Below, piece after piece: positions 1 through 9,800 of a DNA stretch of 18,410 nt. Origin of the DNA: Thermoproteota archaeon (lineage in GTDB: Archaea > Korarchaeota > Korarchaeia > Korarchaeales > Korarchaeaceae); NCBI GenBank assembly GCA_015522685.1, contig WALU01000059.1:1-18410 (forward strand), in the 5' to 3' direction. Under the pieces are notes generated by a model, which had not been told where the DNA came from, ran no database searches, and saw nothing but the letters and a program-made list of their open reading frames with translations. Each line of letters starts with the position of its first letter. Position 1 is the first letter of the stretch. The position numbers were made by a program, and so were the translations under genes.

Positions 1-1850
1 CCAGATAAGAGCTGTCCATTCCTTATTAGGACATATCCATCATTTGGGCAAGACGGATCTACACACTCAGCATCCTTGGCTAGTTTAGAAACTGACTCAA
101 AATTCAGATCTTTAGGCAGAAGAACTGATATAAGCTGCTTTCCTGTCCATAACTCTTTTGGCTTCTTTATTGCTGGCTCAGGTAATTTCGTTATCTCTGC
201 CCTTGAGAGTATTCTAGCAGCTTCTGATTTGGTGAAAAAGGAATCTTTCTTGGTTATCATGTAGAGAACTGTAATTAGATCTTGCCTAGCTCCAACTATA
301 GACCCTCCCGTTCTAGGTGAGAGCATGTTGTTCTTAACGCCCATAAGCTCTTTGGCCTCTATAGACCCATCTAATAGTTGAGGAGCATGCATATTCATTT
401 CATCTCCATCGAAATCCGCATTATACGGGACACAAACTGCTGGGTGGAGCCTAAAAGTGGCTCCAGGGAGAACTTTTACTCTATGACCTAGCATAGATAA
501 TTTATGAAGGGATGGCTGCCTGTTGAATATGACATAATCCCCATCCATAAGGTGCCTTTCTACAACATCGCCTGGCTCAAGTTGCTCGGTAATCTCCTTT
601 AAGGCATCTTTTCCCTTTCTCCGTATTATCTTCAGGCTTATTGGTGTTATTCCACCTTTTCTTACGGTATTAGCTCCAGGATACTCATCAGGTCCTCTCA
701 TGACCAGATCTTTCAACTTTTCTATGTTGTTCTCATTCACATATTCAGGAACTGTAAGGACCATAGCTATTTCGACAGGCACACCTACTTCATCTATATC
801 TATCATCGGATCGGGTGAAATGACCGTTCTGCTTGAGAAGTTTACCCTCTTACCTATCAAGTTCTTCCTAAGCCTACCCTCTTTACCACCTAATCTCTGG
901 AAGAGCGACTTCAAAGGTCTTCTTGTACCCTTCTGAGTAGCTACAGGCATACTGGCAGCGGCATTGTTGAAGAATACACTGACCCAGTACTGTAATAAAT
1001 CCCATTCACTTTCAACCATGCTACTAGGAGCTCCTAACCTCTTTGAGTTGTGCAGCTTTCTATTTACCTTCAATATCTCCACTAGAATATGAGTTAGATC
1101 ATCTTCAGATCTTTCGCCTGTCTCTAAATATATCGATGGCCTGACGGGGAGAGGAGGCACTAAAAGAACGGTAAGTACTGTCCATTCTGGTCTAGCTCTC
1201 TCAGGATTAAACCCTATCAAGAGAGCATCATCATCGCTTACTCTCTCAAGTACATCTCTTATCTCTGTTGGCCATAACCTCCTAGGTTCTGGCTCCTTGA
1301 CTATAAACTTATATACCTCATCTAATTCTACCTTCTGTATATCGGCGCCGCAGTGCGGGCATTTCTTATGCTTCTTAATGTACTTCTTTGTCTCCTCCCT
1401 AACTTCCCTAACGAGACTATCATTTATCTTTTTGTTTGGATTTTTCTCTGCTATCTCCTTGGCTCTAGCTATAAACTCCGCTCTAACATCATCAGGCAAG
1501 AGGACCTTACCACATTTATGGCATACCATATTCAGAGCATCCTTTAGCCTCTTTACATACCCTATATGGACAACAGGCATGGCCAGCTCTACTCTACCAA
1601 AATGACCTGGGCAATTCTTTGGATAATTGCCGCAAATAGGGCATCTTTTTCTTGGGTTTATCGTCCCTAGCCTAGGATCTAGGACGCCTCCTTGTACTGG
1701 AAGGCCGCCTTCATCGTAAGCTGTTGGCTCTGTTATCTCTATGAATCCTATCCTTCTGGCATCTGACGGTGACATCAGGCCAAACATTACCTTCCTTAGA
1801 CTATAGGGAATAGCCTCCTCATCACTAACTGGTTCCCATATAAGCGCCAT
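1..1850 (-). CDS. rpoA1: DNA-directed RNA polymerase subunit A'/Rpo1 (N-terminal part; runs off the left edge)
   Basis: Hand translation from ATG at 1850-1848 (GGGTGA SD at 1860-1855): MALIWEPVSDEE...FGLMSP...GGVLDPRLG...CPICGNYPKNCPGHFG. Further on: FNRQPSLH and the catalytic YNADFDGDEMNMH around 390-425. Directly downstream of rpoB. Whether A' and A'' are fused cannot be seen here. Confidence 0.97.
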   Translation of the reverse strand, partial: MALIWEPVSDEEAIPYSLRKVMFGLMSPSDARRIGFIEITEPTAYDEGGLPVQGGVLDPRLGTINPRKRCPICGNYPKNCPGHFGRVELAMPVVHIGYVKRLKDALNMVCHKCGKVLLPDDVRAEFIARAKEIAEKNPNKKINDSLVREVREETKKYIKKHKKCPHCGADIQKVELDEVYKFIVKEPEPRRLWPTEIRDVLERVSDDDALLIGFNPERARPEWTVLTVLLVPPLPVRPSIYLETGERSEDDLTHILVEILKVNRKLHNSKRLGAPSSMVESEWDLLQYWVSVFFNNAAASMPVATQKGTRRPLKSLFQRLGGKEGRLRKNLIGKRVNFSSRTVISPDPMIDIDEVGVPVEIAMVLTVPEYVNENNIEKLKDLVMRGPDEYPGANTVRKGGITPISLKIIRRKGKDALKEITEQLEPGDVVERHLMDGDYVIFNRQPSLHKLSMLGHRVKVLPGATFRLHPAVCVPYNADFDGDEMNMHAPQLLDGSIEAKELMGVKNNMLSPRTGGSIVGARQDLITVLYMITKKDSFFTKSEAARILSRAEITKLPEPAIKKPKELWTGKQLISVLLPKDLNFESVSKLAKDAECVDPSCPNDGYVLIRNGQLLS

Positions 1851-1874
1851 TAAATCACCCTTCCTCTCCTCTTC

Positions 1875-4800
1875 TTATACCTCCTCCTTTATATCCAACC
1901 TCACATCCACATGGCCGCTCATGAGCTCGTCCAAGAAGAGCTTCGAGGCATGGCTTGTTATAAGAGGCTTCACTTCAACAGAAGATTGGCATCTAGGACA
2001 GAAGAATTCATTGGTCTTTTGATTGAAGAAAGCTATTGTCCCACATTTCTTACATATGTAAATTATCGTCTTATCTGACTGTTCCACATATCTATCTCTT
2101 ATGACAGAAGCTGCACCATGAGAGATTAGGACCTCACCTTCCATCTCTCCCAGCCTTAGGCCACCACCCCTTGCTCTTCCCTCTACGGGCTGTCTTGTGA
2201 GGAGCTGCATTTGACCTCTAGCTCTAGCATGTATTTTATCTCTCACCATGTGCTTAAGCCTCTGGTAATAGCTTACACCTATGAATATGGGCGCTTCAAT
2301 AATCCTTCCAGTTCTCCCATCATACATTACCTCCTCGCCGCTGTACTCAAATCCTAACTTCTTCAAGGCCTCCATCAGATCTTCTATTGGCTCAGACATG
2401 AAGAGGGTTCCATCAGTAAATCTTCCCTCAAGAGCACCGACTTTTCCTGACAAGATCTCATACAGCTGACCTATCGTCATCCTAGAAGGTATTGCATGAG
2501 GATCTAGGACTATATCAGGCACAATACCATCGGAGGTAAAAGGCATATCCTCCTGCTTATATACCATTCCTAGAACGCCCTTTTGACCATGTCTAGTGGC
2601 GAACTTGTCTCCTAACTCTGGCGGTCTAGTATCTCTAACCTTCACCCTTACTAGCTTCTCACCTCCAGTTTTTGTGGCTAAAAGGACATCTGTAATAACT
2701 CCTTTCTCCCAAGCTCTCATGGAAATAGAAGTATCTCTCCTTTCAAATGTATACTGATAACTCCCTCCAATGGAAAGCTCTGGAGAAAACCTTGGTGGGC
2801 TAGTTTTCCCTATAAGCACATCCCCACCCTCAACATACGTCTCGGGATCTACAATACCATCTTCTCCTAACTTCTGATAGTACTGTTCCTCCTTCTTACC
2901 AGAAACCTTCTTCAGAGGCAATGGATTCTCGAATTTATCTCCTTCTATTATGGCCTGTCTTCTTGCTTCCGTCTCGTAAGTTCTGAAGAAAACTGCTCTG
3001 GCTGCCCCTCTATCTATTGACCCCTTGGACATAACTAGAGCATCGTCCATGTTATAGCCATCCATGGGTATCAGAGCTACTACTAAATTCTGACCAGAAG
3101 GTCTATAATTGTATTCCGTTATATCTGCCCCCCTAGTTCTCACTATGGGCCTCTGTGGGTAAAACATAAGGAATGCCCTGCTATCAAATCTCAGCCTCCA
3201 ATTCGCTATATATTCCCCTAAACCTTGTCTTATCATATTAGCTCCTATAATATCCCTTGGTATGTTATTATGCTCGGCATAAGGTATCTGAAGGGCAGCC
3301 ACGCCAAACATCGCATAGGGAGCGAAATCCAAATGGGTGTGCTTCTCATTGAGCTCGATTAAGCTATACGATATAACTGCGGATTCCTCTTCATCTACAT
3401 CCAATAGTTCTATAATCCCCTGCTTTACTAGGTCAGAAAAGCTTATATTTCCAGCTTCTATCTCAGGAAGAAGTTTTATAGCTATATCTATTTTATCTAC
3501 CGGTATTAGTGGTCTTCTCATTCTCCCAGCATCTGCATTTATGTAAATAGAATCATCTTCCCTGTTATGTACAAAGTTAATCTCAGGGCTCATATTTGGC
3601 CTACTTTCCCTAAGGTAAGAGATTAGATCCTCAGGCTTATCTGTAAATGCTATCAATCTCCCATTAACATATATTGGAGTGAGGCTTCCAACTTCCTTCG
3701 ACTTCGCCTGAGCCGCAGGCTTAACTCCCCAATCTAAAACAAGCTCTATTATTGGTTCTGGATCTGCTCCAAAGGTTACATCTGTGAAAGCAGCTAAGCT
3801 CCTAACAAGACCAACGTTAGTCCCTTCTGGGGTCTCTAATGGACATAACCTGCCTATCGAAGTTCCATGAATCTGCCTAGCCTCGTGAAGAGGTAATCCA
3901 GTGGGTAAGGGAGAGTTAACTCTTCTTAAATGGTGTAGAGTTGCTATATAGTTCGTCCGCTCTAGATTTTGACTTACTCCTAAATCTCCTCCTGGCCATG
4001 CTCCTGTTGCGACAGCCCTAAGTATACGCTGAGTTATCATTTTTTGACTCATTAAAATTCTCCTAACATCAAGATCGTATACTCCACTGCTGAGTTGCTC
4101 ATCTGCTTTTTCCTTCAATCTTCTCACGAGCTGGTAGAAAGCATCTCTAAAGACCTCCTGCATTAGGATCCCAGAAAGCCTTAGTCTCTTATTAGAGAAG
4201 TGATCTTTATCATCAGGGGATATTTTCCCCCTCACTACCTTAAGCAACCGCTCTATCATCTTAGCGAGAAAATATGCTTTAACTATATTATCCTCCTCAC
4301 TATTCCCTATATGTGGTAGCAAGTTATTCTTCAGGTATTCCTTGGCATATCTAATCCTATCTGGCTTTGGAATTGCTTGTACGAGCCTCCTCCCTATGTA
4401 ATCCAAGGCTTCCTCTCTAGTAAGCATCCCAAGAGTTCCTTCCGCCTCTGCCCTCCTTTGAACATCATCTAAGCTGTAGAGGAATTCATTTCGTATCTCG
4501 TCATCGTTAGAGATGGCATCAACGATATCCTCATCCCTCTCAAGGCCAAGGGCCTTTAGAAGCATAGCAACAGGAACTCCCCTTATAGCCCCTGTTGATG
4601 CCTTTATTGTTCCATCCCTCGTATAATACTCAAGATAAAGTCTAGTTCTGAGGCCCGCCTTTGCAGATACTATCTGAGCAACATGGGAGTACGGCTTATT
4701 CTCAGCGGTTGTTTGTTCCACTATGACCTTGTTAGGAGCTAAATCATCTCTTATCACTAGCACCCTCTCAGATCCATTAATAATGAAATATCCTCCAGGA

Positions 4801-5240
4801 TCCCTCGGATCTTCCCCCTTCTCGATGAGCTTCTTATCATCGAGCCCATAAAGATAACATCCCTTCGACTTGACCATTATTGGTATGTGGCCTATCCTGA
4901 TTCTTTCACTCTTTAGCTCCATACCACCTGAATAGATCTTCACCTCTAGCTCTATAGGAGCTAGGTAATTAGCATTCCTTAGCCTTATCTCATTTGGCAT
5001 TGCAGGAAGAGAGGATCCATCATACTCCTCAACTTCCGGCCTACCTACGTAAACCTTGCTCAATACAAGCTTGTAGTTTTCCACTAGCTCTAACTCCTTG
5101 AAAGCATCCACAACCTCCTGTATACCTCTCTCCAGAAATCTGTTGAAAGACTCTATCTGAACGTCAGAGAGTTTTCTCTCTCGAAAATATGCTTTAACTA
5201 TAGGGTAAAAATCAATATTCAACCTATCCTGAATTGACAC
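1875..5240 (-). CDS. rpoB: DNA-directed RNA polymerase subunit B (Rpo2), single unsplit polypeptide
   Basis: Motifs GGYFIINGSERV, CPLETPEG, GDKFATRHGQKG, PSRMT, YYQRLKHMV and a C-terminal CxxC...CxxC. Start placed at GTG 5240 because the ORF-track GTG at 5252 lies inside the AGGTGGGG SD. Confidence 0.98.
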   Translation of the reverse strand: MSIQDRLNIDFYPIVKAYFRERKLSDVQIESFNRFLERGIQEVVDAFKELELVENYKLVLSKVYVGRPEVEEYDGSSLPAMPNEIRLRNANYLAPIELEVKIYSGGMELKSERIRIGHIPIMVKSKGCYLYGLDDKKLIEKGEDPRDPGGYFIINGSERVLVIRDDLAPNKVIVEQTTAENKPYSHVAQIVSAKAGLRTRLYLEYYTRDGTIKASTGAIRGVPVAMLLKALGLERDEDIVDAISNDDEIRNEFLYSLDDVQRRAEAEGTLGMLTREEALDYIGRRLVQAIPKPDRIRYAKEYLKNNLLPHIGNSEEDNIVKAYFLAKMIERLLKVVRGKISPDDKDHFSNKRLRLSGILMQEVFRDAFYQLVRRLKEKADEQLSSGVYDLDVRRILMSQKMITQRILRAVATGAWPGGDLGVSQNLERTNYIATLHHLRRVNSPLPTGLPLHEARQIHGTSIGRLCPLETPEGTNVGLVRSLAAFTDVTFGADPEPIIELVLDWGVKPAAQAKSKEVGSLTPIYVNGRLIAFTDKPEDLISYLRESRPNMSPEINFVHNREDDSIYINADAGRMRRPLIPVDKIDIAIKLLPEIEAGNISFSDLVKQGIIELLDVDEEESAVISYSLIELNEKHTHLDFAPYAMFGVAALQIPYAEHNNIPRDIIGANMIRQGLGEYIANWRLRFDSRAFLMFYPQRPIVRTRGADITEYNYRPSGQNLVVALIPMDGYNMDDALVMSKGSIDRGAARAVFFRTYETEARRQAIIEGDKFENPLPLKKVSGKKEEQYYQKLGEDGIVDPETYVEGGDVLIGKTSPPRFSPELSIGGSYQYTFERRDTSISMRAWEKGVITDVLLATKTGGEKLVRVKVRDTRPPELGDKFATRHGQKGVLGMVYKQEDMPFTSDGIVPDIVLDPHAIPSRMTIGQLYEILSGKVGALEGRFTDGTLFMSEPIEDLMEALKKLGFEYSGEEVMYDGRTGRIIEAPIFIGVSYYQRLKHMVRDKIHARARGQMQLLTRQPVEGRARGGGLRLGEMEGEVLISHGAASVIRDRYVEQSDKTIIYICKKCGTIAFFNQKTNEFFCPRCQSSVEVKPLITSHASKLFLDELMSGHVDVRLDIKEEV

Positions 5241-5265
5241 GGCAAACCCCACCTAACAAATATAT

Positions 5266-5691
5266 TTAAGAACCCCTCAAATCAATAACTCTTCTGTAAT
5301 AGTATCCCTCTTCACGATGTATCCTAATAACATCTCCTTTCTTAGCTCCTATACTCTCCGCTACGGGGTCAGTAACAAGTATCATGGGAAAGTAGTCTAA
5401 AGAACCATATTTCTTCGCAAGCTCCTCTTTCTCCTCCTCGCTTATTATTTCATGTCTTGGAACCATGAAACTTTCAGTTGGATTATATTTCATTACCTTC
5501 TTAGCCTTCTTAGCGCCCTTCTTTGGTGCCTTTTTAGGAGCCTTGGATTTTTTTGCACCCTTCCGCTTGCTATCTTTATTAGAGGTCTTTTTACCTCTCC
5601 CTCTAGTGCTCTTTATCTTACTTCTACCCTTAGATAGAGATGATTCCGGCTTTGGGTCGGAATCGACAGAAATATCATCAAACTCTACCAA
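5266..5691 (-). CDS. rpoH: RNA polymerase subunit H (Rpo5) with long acidic then Lys-rich N-terminal extension
   Basis: C-terminal ~75 aa match Rpo5 (VPRHEII...FPMILVTDPV...GAKKGDVIRI...YYYRRVI). First gene of the conserved H-B-A order. TTG start preceded by a GGGGGTG SD. Confidence 0.95.
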   Translation of the reverse strand: MVEFDDISVDSDPKPESSLSKGRSKIKSTRGRGKKTSNKDSKRKGAKKSKAPKKAPKKGAKKAKKVMKYNPTESFMVPRHEIISEEEKEELAKKYGSLDYFPMILVTDPVAESIGAKKGDVIRIHREEGYYYRRVIDLRGS

Positions 5692-5742
5692 ATAAGCACC
5701 CCCTTAAAGGGAACACTAGCATCAGTTTGAGATGTAATACGG

Positions 5743-5751
5743 TTTTAAAAA
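5743..5751. promoter_or_regulatory. Putative TATA box, possibly bidirectional, between divergent rpoH and porG-like genes
   Basis: TTTTAAAAA is near-palindromic and lies in the 92-bp divergent gap, at a plausible distance from both starts. Confidence 0.5.
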
Positions 5752-5783
5752 GTTTACACTCAAATGATAATAGGGGATTCTGC

Positions 5784-6389
5784 TTGAGTAATGATCTGAT
5801 TGAAATCAGGTGGCATGGTAGAGGTGGGCAAGGTGCCGTTCTTGCCTCTAGGATAGTAGCAAAGGCTGCATTCTTAGAGGGAAAGTGGTCGCAGGCATTT
5901 CCTTTCTTTGGTGCAGAGAGGAGAGGAGCGCCTGTTATGGCCTTTACTCGTGTTTCTAATTCTTCAATAAGATTAAGAAGCCAGATATATGAGCCGGATG
6001 TCTTGGTACTCATAGATCCTATGTTTCTTAACCTAGAGATAGCGTGGAGGGGGGTCAAGCCAGATACAATCGTTGTGATGAATATACCGGAGGACCCCAA
6101 TGAGATATTCTTACCTAAGAGAGTCAAGAGGTTAGCAACTGTAGATGCAACTTCAATATCTATGGATCTGAATCTGAAAGTAGCTGGGCTTCCTGTCCCA
6201 AACTCTGCTATGATAGGGACACTTATAAAAGCAACAGATATGGTAAAACTTGAGAGTGCTGAAGAAGCCATTAGATCTCTAATGAAACGCCTGACAGATG
6301 CGAATATTCAGTCTATGAAGAGGGCATATGAGGAAACAAAGGTAGTGGAAGAACCTAAATTCGTACCTGAAGTTATAGGTGAGGGATAA
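5784..6389 (+). CDS. porG: 2-oxoacid (pyruvate/ketoisovalerate):ferredoxin oxidoreductase gamma subunit
   Basis: IEIRWHGRGGQGAV, FPFFGAERRGAPV, IYEPD, VDAT and PNSAM motifs. Start reassigned to TTG 5784 after GGGGA; the 5640 start would overlap rpoH. Substrate specificity not determinable. Confidence 0.92.
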   Translation: MSNDLIEIRWHGRGGQGAVLASRIVAKAAFLEGKWSQAFPFFGAERRGAPVMAFTRVSNSSIRLRSQIYEPDVLVLIDPMFLNLEIAWRGVKPDTIVVMNIPEDPNEIFLPKRVKRLATVDATSISMDLNLKVAGLPVPNSAMIGTLIKATDMVKLESAEEAIRSLMKRLTDANIQSMKRAYEETKVVEEPKFVPEVIGEG

Positions 6390-6443
6390 GATAGACTATC
6401 TAACATGATATAGTATATTATTTAACTTTTATTCTTTACTCAC

Positions 6444-6470
6444 TCATTTATTTCATTTATTTCATTTATT
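6444..6470. repeat. 3 x TCATTTATT perfect tandem repeat in the T-rich convergent intergenic region
   Basis: Read directly. Lies between the convergent porG and elf1 stops, where oligo-T terminators are expected. Confidence 0.85.
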
Positions 6471-6492
6471 TGTCTATCTATTACTTTACTAA

Positions 6493-6732
6493 CTATCCTT
6501 CTCCTTCTATGAAAGAATCGAAGAATCTCGTGTAGACATCTACCTTACTCTCACCCGGTAATAGATTCATCTCTCTCACTAAGCCGCAGTTAAAGCATTT
6601 TATTACAGCTTTTCCCTCCTTTTCATAAAGTTCAACTATGATTGAGTTATGCTGGCATACCGGACATCTAAAGAAAGCAGATTTTCTCCTCCTCCTAACA
6701 GGTAATGTTGTTCTTCTTTTTCTTCTTCCCAA
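6493..6732 (-). CDS. elf1: Transcription elongation factor Elf1
   Basis: Basic N-terminus MGRRKRR, FRCPVCQH, CFNCG Zn ribbon and a VDVY...FD helix, all typical of Elf1. TTG start with GGTGTG SD. Confidence 0.92.
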   Translation of the reverse strand: MGRRKRRTTLPVRRRRKSAFFRCPVCQHNSIIVELYEKEGKAVIKCFNCGLVREMNLLPGESKVDVYTRFFDSFIEGEG

Positions 6733-6762
6733 CTAAGCACACCAATAACAGAAGGCATGTCC

Positions 6763-6771
6763 CTTTTAAAT
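6763..6771 (-). promoter_or_regulatory. Putative TATA box for elf1
   Basis: Minus-strand ATTTAAAAG about 30-40 nt upstream of the TTG start. Confidence 0.45.
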
Positions 6772-6812
6772 AGCTTCCATTTCTCGCGGAGCTGATATCG
6801 CAGACATGATTG

Positions 6813-6818
6813 TTTATA
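6813..6818 (+). promoter_or_regulatory. Putative TATA box for the DP2 replication operon
   Basis: TTTATA about 30 nt upstream of ATG 6845, consistent with a leaderless or short-leader transcript. Confidence 0.45.
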
Positions 6819-6844
6819 CCTCGATGAATGGTCTCATACTAGGT

Positions 6845-9800
6845 ATGATAGTCGAAGATTATTTTTCATCCCTCGAAGAAGAGCTTAATAAGATAATAGA
6901 AGTAGCTAGGAAGGCGAGATCACTAGGATATGATCCAACTACCAGTATAGAGATAGAAATAGCTAACAAGTTACATGAGAGAATAGTAGCTCTGTTTCAA
7001 GTGGAGTCTCTAGGGGAGAGAGTAAAATACTGGCTTGATAAGACAGGAAATAATGTAGAAACAGCTTTTAGAGTAATAGCAGAGATTATCCCAAAGCTAG
7101 GGGATGAAAGAAAGATTGATATAAAAGGGAATGATGAATATAGAGCTGAGCTGGCGCTCAGAGTTGGCATGGCTATAATAACGGATGCCATAGTTTCAGC
7201 CCCAATAGAAGGTATAAGCAAAGTTATGATAAAGGGATCAGGAAAGGATAGATACCTCTCGATATATTACAATGGACCTATCAGAACTGCAGGTGGAACA
7301 GAAGGAGCTATTAGTGTTCTAATGGCTGATTATATAAGGCAAAGACTTGGACTTTCCATATACAGGCCTACTCATGAGGAGGTGGAAAGATACGTTGAAG
7401 AGGTGTTTCTATACAAGAGAGTAGCTCATCTTCAGTATAATTCAGAGCCAAATGAAGTTAGAAAAGCAGTTCTTAACATCCCAGTTGAGGTTACTGGACC
7501 TCCTACTGAGAAAGATGAGGTCTCCTCCTTTAGAAATTTGGCTAGAGTTGAAACCAATAGGCTGAGGGGAGGAGCAGTCCTGGTAATAAATGACTGCATA
7601 ATTCAGAAATCAAAGAAGCTAAAGAAGATAATTAAGCAACTTAAAGAATCCTCGATAGATTTTAATGATTTAGAGTGGAAATGGCTGGGAGAGAACGAAA
7701 AAGGCAAATCTGAGGAGAAAATTCAGAATGAAGAGGGGGAAGAGGGCTGCACGGTCGTAGCTCCTTCCTACAAATACCTTAAGGACGCTGTTATGGGAAG
7801 GCCCATTCTCTCTTATCCATCTCGTATAGGAGGATTCAGATTGAGGTATGGGAGGGCTAGGAATACAGGTCTTGCTTCCATTGGAATAAGTCCTGCAACC
7901 ATGTACATATTAGACAGCTTCGTTGCGGTAGGCACTCAGGTGAGGATAGAGAGGCCAGGAAAGAGCGCTGTAGTGATGCCAGTTGACTGGCTAGAGGGTC
8001 CAACGGTGAAGCTAAGTAATGGAAGTGTGATCAGAGTAGATGATCCAAGAGAAGCTTATGAGCTATCTGGTTCTGGTCAGGTAAAGGAGATCATACACTT
8101 AGGAGATGTATTAATAGGATATGGAGAGTTTTTAGAGAATAATCATAAGCTACTCCCAGCTGCTTGGACGGAAGAATGGTGGTATAGCCTACTTAAGAGG
8201 AAGGCTAGGGAGCTGGGAGTAGAGGTTCCTGTTGGCAGGTGGCAAAAGCTCTCCTTTGAAGAGGCTCTAGAGATATCAAAGAAGTTTGATGTACCTTTAC
8301 ATCCCCAGCATACCTACTTTTGGGAGCATGTAACAATCGATGAGTTGGCTGTTCTGGTCAATTCCCTGAGAAATGGTAAGATGGAGAGCAAGGATATATA
8401 CATAGCTCTAGAAGAAGATGTTAAAAGGGTTCTTGAGAAACTAGGTATGCCTTACAAGGTTCTTAGTGATTTGATAAAGCTAGAAGGAGACAAAGCTAGT
8501 CTCCTTAGCTATATAGAATCTAGCCTTCCGAGAAGCATAAGTGGCGAAGAATCTGCTTACAACACTCTCAATTACTTGAATCGATACCTAGATGTGAAGA
8601 TAATGCCTAAGGGACCAACTAAGATAGGTATGAGGATAGGAAGACCGGAGAAAGCTAGGCCTAGGAAGATGAAGCCGCCTGTTAACCTCCTTTATCCAGT
8701 CGGAGAGCTGAAGGGAATGACTAGATCGTTGGATGCTGCCTACCGAAAGGAGAAGGTGGAAGTTGAAGTAGCGCTAAGAGTGTGCCCTAACTGTGGGGCA
8801 AGAACAACAAGTTATAAGTGCCCTAACTGTGGGGCAAGAACAATTCCAATGAATTTCTGCCCCATTTGTGGGAAGCCTGTAAATGGAAGATGCAGGGATC
8901 ATCCTGACGCAGAGCCAGTTCCCTATGCGAAACTCAAGTTAAATCTGAAGAAGGAAGTAGATAGAGCATTGCATAGGCTTGGAGAGGGGCAAGAAATTCT
9001 TAGTAAGGTTAAAGGAGTTAAGGGATTAACGAGCGGTTCAAAATATCCTGAGATTCTAGAGAAGGGAATACTAAGAGGAAAATATGACCTATACGTCTTC
9101 AAAGATGGAACCATAAGATTTGATGCGGTTAATGCAGTTCTTACCCAGTTCAAGCCTAGTGAGATAAGAGTTTCGGTCTCTAAGCTCAGAGAACTAGGCT
9201 ATACAGAAGATGTGAAAGGAGAAGAGCTTGTAAGCGATGATCAACTGATTGAGATAAAGGTTCAAGACATAATAATTCCTAAAGCCGCCGCTCAGTATTT
9301 GCTGAGGATCTCAAAGTACGTAGATGAGCTGCTTGGGAAAGTTTATGGTCTTAAACCCTTCTATAACTTGAAAAATGAGGGAGATTTGATAGGTCAGCTT
9401 GTTCTAACGATCTCTCCACATACATTCATTGCTAATGTAGCTAGAATAATAGGATTCACCGATGCTGATGTACTCTATGCTCATCCATTTCTTCATGCTG
9501 CTAAGAGGAGGAATATAGATGGAGATGAGGACTCCATCATGCTGGCTTTGGATGGCCTCCTAGACTTCTCTAGGAAGTTCCTTCCATCAACTCCAGGAGG
9601 AAGAGAAGATGCTCCTCTAATAATGGTGACTAGGGTTGATCCCGAATTCATAGATGACGAGGTCTACAATATGGAGATAGTTAGCGAATTTCCACCAGAG
9701 TTCTATAATGCCACCTACAAGTTTGAGGATCCCAGTAAAATGAAGTTCGTTATAAGCACTGTAGAATCTGAGCTTTCTAAGGGGATCAAGTATCCATACA

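Noticed and set aside
76-3546. Short plus-strand ORFs (76-264, 700-936, 1297-1605, 1353-1547, 2281-2469, 3337-3546)
   Set aside because: Antisense shadows of rpoA1 and rpoB with no recognisable motifs.
5452-6271. ORFs 5452-5637, 5465-5695 and 5678-6271, and the 5640 start of porG
   Set aside because: Antisense to rpoH or porG. The hydrophobic look of 5465-5695 just mirrors Lys codons. The porG extension would overlap rpoH and the promoter.
9481-9540. Intein in DP2 (also looked for in RpoB and RpoA1)
   Set aside because: Motifs are contiguous and lengths normal; no splicing or LAGLIDADG blocks seen.
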